The position numbers and the translations under genes are program-made. Source: Thermoanaerobaculia bacterium (GTDB lineage Bacteria > Acidobacteriota > Thermoanaerobaculia > Multivoradales > Multivoraceae). Taken from it: DNA of 64,000 nucleotides. Of the stretch, positions 10,345-20,453 are shown in pieces (position 1 is the first letter of the stretch; every line of letters begins with the position of its first letter). The notes under the pieces were generated by a model that was given only the letters and a program-made list of their open reading frames with translations, had not been told where the DNA came from and ran no database searches. The stretch spans positions 416,001-480,000 of the forward strand of contig OY761158.1 of the NCBI GenBank assembly GCA_963664405.1, read 5' to 3'.

Positions 10345-11645
10345 AGACGATCACTGTATCTCCCACCGCGATCCTATCGAGATGCCGCAGTGGAGTCTCC
10401 TCTACTCGTCGACCGTTCACCCTGGTTCCACCGCGACTCGCAAGGTCGACCAGGCGGTAGCCATCCTCCCCGGGCTCGAGCCGAAAATGCTCCTTACTCA
10501 CATGACGGGCCTGCAACACGAAATCACACCCTGCCGAGCGCCCCACCCGGACTTCGGTATCGCCGAGAGCGAACGACGAACCGTAGTCGGGGCCTTCAGA
10601 AACCCACAGCGTAGCTCGTGGTGACGGCGCGGTGTCTGGGCGCTCGGAATCGACGTGTCGCACATCGACGACGTTGACCTGGGGCTCGACCTCGAGAGTA
10701 CGGATCGGGAATGGGATCGTCAGGTCGGCGCGGCGAAATTCTTCCCAGATCGCCCGCTTGACATCGCTGTCGATGCGAGGGAGCTGCGCGATGTCCTCGA
10801 TCCACGCTCGCAACTCGTAGGTGATGGCACTGTCGTCGAAGGACTTAAGAAAGACGTTGGAGGTCGGGCTCTCCAACACGCCCGGCGCGCGAGCTGCAGC
10901 GTCGAGAAGTGCCTTCTCCACCCGGTAGGGAGGGTGGCGATAATGCGCGCCGACCAAGATGCGCAGCATGTGCAGCGGATGCGGATAGTAGAGATTGAGG
11001 ATCTCGTGAGCCGCGATCAGTCCGTTCGGAATCACCAGGTTGTCGTTCTCTCGAGTCCTCAGATGGGTAGTACGCCAAGTGATGTCCACGACCCGCCCCT
11101 CGATCTCTCGGAAGCGGATCCAATCGTTGATCCGAAAGGGCCGCTCTAGGCTGATCACGAGCCCGGCAAAGAAGTTTCCGAGAATAGGCTGTAAAGCTAG
11201 ACCGAGGACCAGGGAGGTCACCGCGCTGGTGGCTACGATCGGGGTCAGATTCAGCCCCGGATAGACCAGCGGCATGATCAGGAGGCCGGTAAGCACGTAG
11301 GCGCCCGCCAAGGCCACGCGACCGAGGAAGGGCGGCAAACGCAGCCCGCGCACCCCCGGCAGGTAGTAGTCGAAGAGGAAGAGCCCGAGAAGACGTAGTA
11401 CGACGATGAAGGCGAGAAAGAGAAGCGTCCATCTCAGCGCGCCCTCAAGCCGCGACATCTGGCCACTGTCGAAGAGCGAGAAAATCAAGAGCCCGACGGC
11501 AAGTGAGGCGACGTAGAGCGGGAAAGAACGCGAGCTGACGAAAAACCCGCGCCCGACGCTTCATGTAGAGCACCAGGATTACGAGAAGCGACGCTCCAGC
11601 GAGACTGGCGAAGAAACCGGTGACGAGACGGAGGGGATCTGACAT
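10328..11645 (-). CDS. MscS-family mechanosensitive channel with C-terminal FHA domain (frameshift near 11520 separates the first TM segment)
   Basis: 'LGLALQPILGNFFAG...RPFRINDWI...EGRVVDITWRTT...IPN'; FHA 'VGRSAGCD...VSKEHF...DLASRGGTRVNG'; ORF 11445-11645 joins after removing 1 nt (QLAFFPLYVASLAVGLL). Confidence 0.85.
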
Positions 11646-11898
11646 TTTTGGCAGGTCGAAAGCGCGAGATTCCGAGGCGAGCCGTTAGATGCTAATCGTT
11701 GCACCGGGCGGAGGCAACGGTTCGAAGCTCCCCACCCCGCTCCACGGATCGATCGAGGTAGTGAAGAAGCTGCGGCGGCGATGCTTGCCGCCTTCATCCC
11801 GACGAGAGGAGCGAAGCGAGCTTTTGCTACGAGCGCCCTCTGCTACGAGTAGGCGAGATTCGGCGCCACATTCGGACCTATCTATATCTCGAGCGCGG

Positions 11899-11942
11899 GG
11901 TTGACACGACCGGGCAATAGCTCCGAGAATACCCTGTCAACC
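11899..11942. promoter_or_regulatory. inverted repeat GGTTGACA...TGTCAACC in the divergent intergenic region; putative sigma70 promoter(s)
   Basis: TTGACA at 11901 followed after 18 nt by GAGAAT; a second TTGACA on the minus strand at 11935-11940. Confidence 0.35.
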
Positions 11943-12024
11943 GGCCCAGTATCGGCCAATCAGATCTTCTATTAGCGAGGAAGTCGGCATTTCCTTCGAC
12001 CCTACGGCGCGTCCTGCGCTAGCC

Positions 12025-12861
12025 ATGCACCGGAGGAGCATCCTCGACCGGGTGAGGTCCCGCTCGCCGTGGCTGCTGCTGAGCGTGTTGATGGTGACCG
12101 TTTTCGCCACCTTTTCGACTCTTCGTTTCGCGGCCCTGCAGGGAGGCGCAGAGGAGCTTCAGGCTCTGCAGAGGGAGAACCAGCGTCTGAGGGAGGTCAA
12201 CCGATCCTTCGAGCGTTCGCTCCAAGGCCTCCAAACTCGTCTGGCGGAGCAAGAGAGCCGTACCAACGAGCTAGCGATCGTGGCGGGCATCGAGCACGCG
12301 TCCCAGAAAGTAGAGGGCGCCGATGCTTCGAATCAAGCGGGCGTCGGCGGCACCTGGAGCCCTCACGATCAAACTCCCGACCTGCCCGACCTAGAGAACC
12401 GAGCCAGAACCCTCGCCGACTCCTTGGAGACGGTCAGTAGGGGTCTCACGCAGCGTGAGCTGCGTATCTCCGCCCGCCCCGCTCTAGCCCCGGTACGGGG
12501 CGTCATTACCAGTGGCTATGGCGAGCGAAGCGACCCGATCACCGGCGGCAGGGGCTTCCACCGAGGCCTCGACATCTCCGCCCCTCCAGGGAACCAGGTA
12601 TTTGCCACCGCCGACGGAATCGTCACCCGTGCCGGACGCAACGGCAACTTCGGTATGACGGTCTATGTTGCGCACGGCTTCGGTTACTCGACCCGTTACG
12701 CTCATCTGTCCACGATCCTGGTCAAACCTGGAGCGCGGGTCAAGAGAGGGGAAGTCGTCGGCGAAGTGGGGCGCTCGGGGCGCGCCACCGGGTACCATGT
12801 GCACTACGAAGTGTACGATGATGGCCGCTCGCAGAACCCCCTCTCCTACCTTCTCGACTGA
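12025..12861 (+). CDS. M23 family metallopeptidase
   Basis: N-terminal TM and coiled coil; 'FHRGLDI', 'YAHL', 'GRATGYHVHYEV'. Confidence 0.9.
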   Translation: MHRRSILDRVRSRSPWLLLSVLMVTVFATFSTLRFAALQGGAEELQALQRENQRLREVNRSFERSLQGLQTRLAEQESRTNELAIVAGIEHASQKVEGADASNQAGVGGTWSPHDQTPDLPDLENRARTLADSLETVSRGLTQRELRISARPALAPVRGVITSGYGERSDPITGGRGFHRGLDISAPPGNQVFATADGIVTRAGRNGNFGMTVYVAHGFGYSTRYAHLSTILVKPGARVKRGEVVGEVGRSGRATGYHVHYEVYDDGRSQNPLSYLLD

Positions 12862-13002
12862 TCCTCCCCGCGCTTCTCCTTTGGTGTTTTTGGGCCGCCT
12901 CTCGCCGGGCGCTGTCTGCTAAACTGCGCGTGTCTTCCTTCTCGGCGCAGGCGTCATCCGTCGGCCGCTGTAACCCTGGACCAAGTCAGACCAGAGCTCC
13001 GC

Positions 13003-15738
13003 ATGTTGGGTCGCGCTCTAACCAAAGTATTCGGCAGTAAGCACGAGCGCGACATCAAGCGGGTGCAGCCGCTGGTGGTCGAGATCAGCGCTCTAGAGCC
13101 GGAGCTGAGGGCACTCTCGGACGACCAGCTCCGAGGAAGGACCGCATCGCTGCGAGAGCAGCTCGATCAGGGTGCGGCACTCGACGACCTCCTCGTCGAG
13201 GCCTTCGCCGTGGTCCGAGAGGCAGCCGTCCGAACCGTCCAGATGCGACCTTACGACGTCCAGCTGATCGGCGGTATCGTTCTCCATCGCGGCAAGATCG
13301 CAGAAATGAAGACCGGCGAGGGCAAGACCCTGGCAGCGACCCTGCCGGTCTACCTCAACGCGCTCACCGGAAAAGGAGTCCATGTCGTCACGGTCAACGA
13401 CTACTTGGCACGACGCGATGCGGAGTGGATGGGGCTCATCTATCGGTTTCTCGGACTCGAGGTCGGCATCATCCAGCACGACATGCCGGAAGCAGAGCGC
13501 AAAGCCGCATACGCAGCTGACCTGACTCACGGCACCAACAATGAGTTCGGTTTCGACTATCTACGCGACAACATGAAGTTCACCCTCGAGAGCATGGTTC
13601 AACGAGGTCACAGCTTCGCCATTGTCGACGAGGTCGACTCGATCCTGGTCGATGAGGCGAGGACTCCGCTTATCATCTCAGGCCCCTCCGAAGACTCCAT
13701 CGACAAGTACTACCAGCTCGACCGCATCATCCCCCGACTCGAGCAAGGCGAAGAGATTCAGGAAGGGGACGAAAAGTACACCACGGGCGACTTCCTCGTT
13801 GACGAAAAGGCTCACACCGTCGCTCTCACCGAAGAAGGGGTGGAGAAGGTCGAGAAGCTACTCGGCCTCGGGAACCTCTATGACATGGAGAACATGGACT
13901 TTCTCCACGGTGTCAACCAGGGTCTTAGGGCGCACACACTCTTCAAGCGCGATGTCAATTACCTGGTGAAGGAGGGCCAGGTAATTATCGTCGACGAGTT
14001 CACCGGTCGAATGATGCCGGGCCGGCGGTGGTCCGATGGTCTGCACCAGGCGGTCGAGGCCAAGGAGGGCGTGAAGATCGAGCGTGAAAACCAGACGCTC
14101 GCCACGATCACTTTCCAAAACTATTTTCGAATGTACGAGAAGCTTGGCGGGATGACCGGAACGGCCGATACCGAGGCTACCGAGTTTGGGGCGATCTACG
14201 ATCTCGACGTCGTGGTCGTCCCCACCAACATGCCGATGATCCGTGACGATGGCGAAGACATGGTCTACGTCACCGCCAATGAGAAGTGGAACGCTGTCGT
14301 CGATGAGATTCGTGACTGTCACCAGCGCGGTCAGCCAACCCTGGTCGGCACTATCTCGATCGAGAGCAGCGAGATGCTCTCGAAGCGGCTGGACAAGGCC
14401 CGCGTCAAGCACGTCGTGCTCAATGCGAAGTACCACGAGAGAGAAGCTTCGATCGTGGCTCAGGCAGGGCGAAAGGGTGCCGTCACAATTGCCACCAATA
14501 TGGCGGGACGCGGCACCGACATCGTTCTCGGCGGCAGCCCGGAGGGCCTCGCCCGTGCTCAGGCCAACCCGGAAGAAGAGCTCGAGAAGTACGAGTCGTC
14601 GCTCGACAACTACGAACGCTCCTGCGAAGAAGAAAGGGGTCAGGTGCTGGAAGCTGGCGGCCTCCACATCCTCGGCACCGAACGACACGAGTCCCGGCGC
14701 ATCGACAATCAGCTTCGCGGCCGCTCGGGGCGCCAGGGAGATCCCGGATCTTCGCGATTCTCCTTGTCCTTGGAAGACGACCTCATGCGCATCTTCGGAA
14801 CCGATCGAGTCAAGGGGCTGATGGGTCGACTGGGTATGGAAGAAGGTGAGCCGATCGAGGCAAAAATGGTCAGCCGGGCGATCGAGCGCGCTCAGACACA
14901 GGTCGAAGGTCGCAATTTCGAGATGCGCAAGCATCTGCTCGAGTACGACGACGTCATGAACAAGCAGCGGGAGGCGATGTATCAGCTCCGCCGCGACATT
15001 CTCGAGGGCGCGGAGGGGCGCGACTACATCCTCAAGATCTCCTCCGACATCGTCGACTACCTCGTCGAGACGCATTGCCCCGAAAAGGCGGATCCGCGCG
15101 ACTGGGACATCAAAGAGATCGCCACCGAGATGCTCGCCTATTTCGACATCGGCGTTCATAGCGGCCAGACGGCCCTGGACGAGCTCGGTGTCGAGGAGCT
15201 TCGCACCCATCTATTCGGCCTCGTCGAGGCCCGCTATACCGAAAAAGAGCAGAGGCTCGGCGAAGACCTGATGCGTGTTTTCGAGCGCGACGTCATGCTC
15301 AGAATCGCCGATCAATCGTGGAAAGACCACCTCCTCGCCCTCGACCACCTGCGTGAGGGAATCGGGCTGCGAGGGTATGGACAACGCGATCCCAAGAACG
15401 AGTACAAGAGAGAAAGTTACGAGCTCTTTCAGGAAATGAAGGAGCGGATCGAAGATACGATTCTGAAGACCCTATTTCGCCTCGAGCCGATCAGCCCGGA
15501 GCAAATGGAAGAAGAGAGACGCCGAAGGGCTCAGAGGGCCCCGCGCCCGAGCTTTCGCATGGGCCCCGAGCCCGGAGCCGCTCCCTTCACACCCTCCTCG
15601 GCTGGACCTCCTCAGGAGCCTGCCACGCCCCGGACGGTTGTGCGCCAAGGCGAGAAGGTCGGGCGCAACGCCCCCTGTCCCTGCGGCTCCGGCAAGAAAT
15701 ATAAGAAGTGCCACGGCGCCGCGCAAACGGTAACCTAG
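13003..15738 (+). CDS. secA: preprotein translocase subunit SecA
   Basis: 'MKTGEGKT', '[20 protein letters not shown]', '[11 protein letters not shown]', C-terminal SEC-C '[18 protein letters not shown]'. Confidence 0.99.
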   Translation: MLGRALTKVFGSKHERDIKRVQPLVVEISALEPELRALSDDQLRGRTASLREQLDQGAALDDLLVEAFAVVREAAVRTVQMRPYDVQLIGGIVLHRGKIAEMKTGEGKTLAATLPVYLNALTGKGVHVVTVNDYLARRDAEWMGLIYRFLGLEVGIIQHDMPEAERKAAYAADLTHGTNNEFGFDYLRDNMKFTLESMVQRGHSFAIVDEVDSILVDEARTPLIISGPSEDSIDKYYQLDRIIPRLEQGEEIQEGDEKYTTGDFLVDEKAHTVALTEEGVEKVEKLLGLGNLYDMENMDFLHGVNQGLRAHTLFKRDVNYLVKEGQVIIVDEFTGRMMPGRRWSDGLHQAVEAKEGVKIERENQTLATITFQNYFRMYEKLGGMTGTADTEATEFGAIYDLDVVVVPTNMPMIRDDGEDMVYVTANEKWNAVVDEIRDCHQRGQPTLVGTISIESSEMLSKRLDKARVKHVVLNAKYHEREASIVAQAGRKGAVTIATNMAGRGTDIVLGGSPEGLARAQANPEEELEKYESSLDNYERSCEEERGQVLEAGGLHILGTERHESRRIDNQLRGRSGRQGDPGSSRFSLSLEDDLMRIFGTDRVKGLMGRLGMEEGEPIEAKMVSRAIERAQTQVEGRNFEMRKHLLEYDDVMNKQREAMYQLRRDILEGAEGRDYILKISSDIVDYLVETHCPEKADPRDWDIKEIATEMLAYFDIGVHSGQTALDELGVEELRTHLFGLVEARYTEKEQRLGEDLMRVFERDVMLRIADQSWKDHLLALDHLREGIGLRGYGQRDPKNEYKRESYELFQEMKERIEDTILKTLFRLEPISPEQMEEERRRRAQRAPRPSFRMGPEPGAAPFTPSSAGPPQEPATPRTVVRQGEKVGRNAPCPCGSGKKYKKCHGAAQTVT

Positions 15739-15769
15739 CCACTAACATGATCAAATCGGAGACCGCATT

Positions 15770-17245
15770 TTGACCGAAGCCGATCTCCCGCTGGCCCTGA
15801 CTTTCGACGACGTCCTGCTCTCACCAGGAATGTCCGAGGTCCACCCCAACGACGTGGACCTCAAGACCAAGCTGTGCGACCGGATCACTCTCAACATCCC
15901 GCTGATCTCGGCAGCGATGGATACGGTAACCGAATCGAGACTCGCGATCGCTCTCGCCCAGGAAGGCGGCATCGGCGTGATTCACAAGAACCTCAGCGTC
16001 GAAGAGCAGGTAACCGAGGTCGACAAGGTGAAGCGCAGCGAGGCCGGCATGATCGTCGACCCGATCACGATGCGCCCGGAACAGCGGATCAGCGAAGCTC
16101 TGCAGTTGATGGCGAGCTACAAGATCTCCGGCGTACCTGTCACCGACGGTGACGGACACCTGGTCGGGATCTTGACCAACCGCGACCTCCGATTCGAGAC
16201 CCAGCTCGATCGCCGTATCGAAGAACTGATGACCAGTGAAGGCTTGATCACGGTCCCGGTCGGCACCACCCTCGAGGAGGCCAAGGCCGAGCTCCACACG
16301 CATCGCATCGAGAAGCTATTGGTGGTCGATGACGACGGAAACCTGAAGGGCCTGATCACGGTCAAAGACATCCAGAAGATGATGCAGTACCCCAACGCCT
16401 GCAAGGACGATCTCGGTCGGCTGAGAGTGGCGGCGGCGGTAGGAGCTGCCGGAGACTTCCTGGAGCGGGCCGAGGCCCTGGTCGAAGCAAAGGCCGATGT
16501 TTTGGTACTGGACTCCTCCCACGCTCATAGCCGTGGTGTCCTCAACGCCATAGCAGCGATCCGCGATCGATTCCCGGAAACCAGCATCATCGCCGGCAAC
16601 GTCGCCACTGCCGATGGAGCCCGAGAGCTCGTCGCTCGAGGCGTGAACGGCATCAAGGTCGGCATCGGCCCCGGTAGCATCTGCACCACTCGAGTGGTAA
16701 CCGGCGCAGGAGTGCCCCAAATCACGGCGATTCTGGAATGCAGCCGCGCTGCCGACGAGCAGGGGGTACCGGTCATCGCCGACGGTGGCGTCCGTTTCTC
16801 AGGCGACTTGACCAAGTCGCTTGCGGCCGGCGCTTCCGCGGTAATGATCGGTTCGCTCTTCGCCGGGACCGAAGAAAGTCCGGGAGAGACGATTCTCTAC
16901 CAGGGCCGCACCTACAAGGCACACCGCGGCATGGGCTCGCTGTCGGCAATGGCCAAGGGTAGTGCGGAGCGCTACTTTCAGAGCGAGGCCGGCGGCCTGC
17001 AAAAGCTCGTTCCCGAAGGTATCGAGGGTATGGTGCCTTACAAGGGCAGCGTCCACCAGATGGTAGGTCAGCTCACCGGCGGCCTCCGCCAAGGTCTCGG
17101 GCTCACAGGCAGTGCGGGCGTAGCCGAGCTCCGGCAGCGCAAGTCGCTCATCCGCGTCACCTCGGCCGGGCATCGTGAGAGCCACGCTCACGACATCGTC
17201 ATCACCAAGGAAGCGTCGAACTACTGGGTCGAACGGGGAGAGTGA
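15770..17245 (+). CDS. guaB: IMP dehydrogenase
   Basis: 'ALTFDDVLL', 'SAAMDTVTE', CBS pair, '[11 protein letters not shown]', 'IADGG', 'PEGIEG'. Confidence 0.98.
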   Translation: MTEADLPLALTFDDVLLSPGMSEVHPNDVDLKTKLCDRITLNIPLISAAMDTVTESRLAIALAQEGGIGVIHKNLSVEEQVTEVDKVKRSEAGMIVDPITMRPEQRISEALQLMASYKISGVPVTDGDGHLVGILTNRDLRFETQLDRRIEELMTSEGLITVPVGTTLEEAKAELHTHRIEKLLVVDDDGNLKGLITVKDIQKMMQYPNACKDDLGRLRVAAAVGAAGDFLERAEALVEAKADVLVLDSSHAHSRGVLNAIAAIRDRFPETSIIAGNVATADGARELVARGVNGIKVGIGPGSICTTRVVTGAGVPQITAILECSRAADEQGVPVIADGGVRFSGDLTKSLAAGASAVMIGSLFAGTEESPGETILYQGRTYKAHRGMGSLSAMAKGSAERYFQSEAGGLQKLVPEGIEGMVPYKGSVHQMVGQLTGGLRQGLGLTGSAGVAELRQRKSLIRVTSAGHRESHAHDIVITKEASNYWVERGE

Positions 17246-18402
17246 GACTCGCAGAGGCTTCGGTAAAGGGAGAAGTGGGCGTCCGCGACTACGCCGATCG
17301 AATACTCCTCTTCGAAGACTCTCCGAGCGGCCGCACCCATCTCGTCTTGCAGATCTTCATCGCCGAGCAGCCGGCCTAGAGCGGAAGCGAGGCCTTCCGC
17401 GTCTTCGGGATCTACCAGGATACCGGTAACACCGTCGCGGACGGCCTCGGGAACACCGGCGACTCGAGTGGCGACAACCGGAAGCGCGGCCGCCATAGCC
17501 TCGAGGATTGTCACCGGAAAGCCTTCGTAAAGCGAGGGGAGACAAAGCACCGCGGCTTTCTCATAATGTTGCGCGACCTCCTCGCGAGCCAAGGCGCCTC
17601 GGAAGCGGACCCGATCACTCAGTCCCAGAGCCGAGCACTGTCTTTCAAGCTCCCGCTCCTGCTCTCCCGAGCCGACAATGTCCAGAGTCACATCCGTGAT
17701 CCGCTCGACGAGCAGCGCCAACCCCTCCAGTAGAACTGCAACCGCCTTACGAGTTCGCAGCCGTCCTACGTAGAGAACGCCCTTGCCTCGGCCGCGGAGC
17801 CCCGGCTCGGAGACCGCGAGAACACCATTCGGGATCACCGCATCGACAGTGCAACGATAGTCGCGCTCGAGCTCGCGGGCGGTCGCCTGGCTTGGCGCCA
17901 CTACCGCGTCGGCTGCCTTCGCGGTGATACGTCCCATCACTGCGAGAAGAGGAGCGCGGCCCCAAGCAAAGATCCGCTCGCCGAGAGTCGGCCTGGAGAC
18001 GACTACACCGTCCACGCGGAGGCTTCTCACCGAGAGGCGCTCTTCGCGGTAAGAGACCTGCAGCGTGGCAACCACTCTAGCGGCGCCCGCACGGTGCCCC
18101 AGAAGACGACACACGCGGACCAGAAGGGCAGTGGGAGCTCCGTCCGATTCGTGAACATGGATCACCTCCGGCGGGCGAGCCCGAAAGCGCCACAGAAAAA
18201 CCGCAGCGGCGGTCAACGGGAACAGGATCTTGGGCCCCGGCACGCGAAGCAGCGTCGCGTCGCCACCCGTCCCACTAGCGCGACGAAGCACTCGCACTTC
18301 GTGACCTCGACGTCCGGCCTCACCCGCCAACTCCGCGACCAGAGCCCCGACCCCGGAGATGTCACCCGGTGGAAAGGTGTTTGTGATGAGTAGCAGCCTC
18401 AT
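17221..18402 (-). CDS. glycosyltransferase family 4
   Basis: 'VIPNGV', 'YVGRL', '[23 protein letters not shown]'. Confidence 0.92.
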   Translation of the reverse strand: MRLLLITNTFPPGDISGVGALVAELAGEAGRRGHEVRVLRRASGTGGDATLLRVPGPKILFPLTAAAVFLWRFRARPPEVIHVHESDGAPTALLVRVCRLLGHRAGAARVVATLQVSYREERLSVRSLRVDGVVVSRPTLGERIFAWGRAPLLAVMGRITAKAADAVVAPSQATARELERDYRCTVDAVIPNGVLAVSEPGLRGRGKGVLYVGRLRTRKAVAVLLEGLALLVERITDVTLDIVGSGEQERELERQCSALGLSDRVRFRGALAREEVAQHYEKAAVLCLPSLYEGFPVTILEAMAAALPVVATRVAGVPEAVRDGVTGILVDPEDAEGLASALGRLLGDEDLQDEMGAAARRVFEEEYSIGVVADAHFSLYRSLCESHSPRSTQ

Positions 18403-18459
18403 TTTCCTCTAGACCTCTGATAAGTTGACCCCAGCGTCAGCCCAGGGGGCCGCCGAACA

Positions 18460-20277
18460 GTGAGAGATTCAAGACTGCGTGTGGCCCTTTGGGTCGGATC
18501 CTCCTACGGAGCCCTCGTCTTTGGTGGGACGATCTCGCTCCTACACCTGTTTTACAACCGGTTGAGCAGCTTCCAGGACGCAATCGTTCTCTGGCTCTTC
18601 TTGGGTCTTCTCTTCGGCATTCCCTGTGCTCTGGTGTGCGGAGGTCTCACCGCGGGACGGATCCTCGTCGATCGCAAGGAGCATCGTAACAAAGCAGACA
18701 CAGGGCTCGATACGGCTCTTGCCGGACCGCTGACCTGCGCTCTCGCGCTATTTCACAGTGGCTTTTTTGTTCCGTTCTTTCTCTATGGCCTGACCTACGA
18801 CCAACTGCCGCTCGAGGCGCTCCGCAACCGCAGCGGGATGCTCTTATTTCTCGGCCTCAGCTCAGCGCTCATCGTCACAGCTGCCGGCTTCTTGTCGAGA
18901 CGGATTGCCCTCTTTCTTGGTGCGCGCCTGGCCGCAGGAAGCTGCAAACGCGGGCTGAGGCTAGGCTTCGCGATCGTCGCCGCCGGGCACCTTGTACTCG
19001 CCCTCACCTTCAAGCTGCTACCGAGTCCCTCCCCGCCTTCAGCAAGCCCATACCGACCCCTTCGGGAAGGAGCCGGTGCGCGCGGACGAGTCGTTTTCGT
19101 CGGACTCGACGGAGCGGACTGGCGGGTCGCGAAACCGCTCATCGAGTCCGGGGAGCTACCGGTCTTCGAAAAGCTCATCGCGGAAGGTGTTGCCGGCGAC
19201 CTGGCGACTCTCGGAGGTAGTAACTCGGCCGTTATCTGGGCCTCAATCTATACCGGCCGGCGCCCCCGCGAGCATGGGGTCCTCGACTTCTATCGCATTC
19301 GCCTGCCGGGCATGGCGGGCCCCGGCGTCTTTCCGGTCCACCGAACCTACTTCAAGGAGGCGGCGGACTTGCTGGAGCCTCTGGGACTCTCCCGCAGGCG
19401 CATCGCCGATCGCTCGTTTCTTCGACACCGACCGATCTGGGAGACCCTCGATGACCTGGGTCTGAGTGTCGGCGTCGTCGACGGCTATTACTTCTCGGTG
19501 CCGGCTCGCGGACAAGAGAACGGCCAGAGCTTCCTCTACTCCTACGCCTTGAACGCGACCTCGCGCCGAAAGGGGTGGCAGCCGAGGTCGCTGTCGGACG
19601 TCGAGACCGCGCTGCTGGTCAATCCTCCAAAGATGATCCGCCACTATCTTCCCTACGCGGGTAGCGAGGACTTCGACTGGCAATCCGGGACTTTGCTCGA
19701 GGTCCTCGAAGAGGAGTCTCAGCCCGACTTTCTGCAGCTCTACACCCACCAGCCCGACAGCGCCCAACATTCCTACTGGAAGTGGCATGCGCCGGACCTC
19801 TTTCTGGGTGTCGATTCTCGAGAATTGGCCGAAAACGGCCCCGAGATCGCCCGAATTTACCGTGACGTCGACCGCTTTCTCGGCGCGCTACTTGCGAGGC
19901 TGGAGCCGGACACTACTCTGATCGTAGCTTCCGACCACGGGCACAGCCCGACACTCACCCACAAGCTCTACACTCAGCATCGACACGGTCCGCCTGGTGT
20001 GATCCTGATGTGGGGTCCTCGAATCGAGCCGGGAGCGGAGCTGATCGCCCCTCATATCTACGACTTGGCGCCCACCCTTCACCACCTCCTCGGCCTCCCG
20101 GTCGCGAGTGACATGGCCGGCCGAGTTCTGCTCGAGGCGCTGAAGGAAGGCGACCCGAGCGACGTTCGTCAGATCGACTCCTACGACGCCTTCGACCCCG
20201 GCTTCGAGGATCAGGGGCCCAGCCTGGAGCTCAACGAAGAAGAGCTCGAGCGTCTACGAACTCTGGGCTACGTCTAG
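18460..20277 (+). CDS. membrane-anchored alkaline phosphatase superfamily protein (type I phosphodiesterase-like)
   Basis: N-terminal TMs; 'VGLDGADW', 'WASIYTG', 'PDSAQH', 'ASDHG', 'IYDLAPT', C-terminal 'RLRTLGYV'. Confidence 0.85.
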   Translation: MRDSRLRVALWVGSSYGALVFGGTISLLHLFYNRLSSFQDAIVLWLFLGLLFGIPCALVCGGLTAGRILVDRKEHRNKADTGLDTALAGPLTCALALFHSGFFVPFFLYGLTYDQLPLEALRNRSGMLLFLGLSSALIVTAAGFLSRRIALFLGARLAAGSCKRGLRLGFAIVAAGHLVLALTFKLLPSPSPPSASPYRPLREGAGARGRVVFVGLDGADWRVAKPLIESGELPVFEKLIAEGVAGDLATLGGSNSAVIWASIYTGRRPREHGVLDFYRIRLPGMAGPGVFPVHRTYFKEAADLLEPLGLSRRRIADRSFLRHRPIWETLDDLGLSVGVVDGYYFSVPARGQENGQSFLYSYALNATSRRKGWQPRSLSDVETALLVNPPKMIRHYLPYAGSEDFDWQSGTLLEVLEEESQPDFLQLYTHQPDSAQHSYWKWHAPDLFLGVDSRELAENGPEIARIYRDVDRFLGALLARLEPDTTLIVASDHGHSPTLTHKLYTQHRHGPPGVILMWGPRIEPGAELIAPHIYDLAPTLHHLLGLPVASDMAGRVLLEALKEGDPSDVRQIDSYDAFDPGFEDQGPSLELNEEELERLRTLGYV

Positions 20278-20286
20278 CGGCCGACA

Positions 20287-20453
20287 CTAGACCAGCGTTT
20301 CCAAAGTCGCGCTACAATAGCTCGCGGTCATTCTGTTCGCTGGCAAGGCGCGCCGACGTAGGCATATTGGGGAATATGTCGAGGAGGCGCAACGCCGCCA
20401 GCGGGGCAGAACGGGCCGAGATATGTAGTGCTACTTTGGAAACGCTGGTCTAG
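20287..20453. repeat. CTAG-bounded palindromic MITE-like element, copy 1
   Basis: Perfect TIR CTAGACCAGCGTTTCCAAAGT / ACTTTGGAAACGCTGGTCTAG; nested internal stems; near-identical copy at 36851. Confidence 0.9.
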
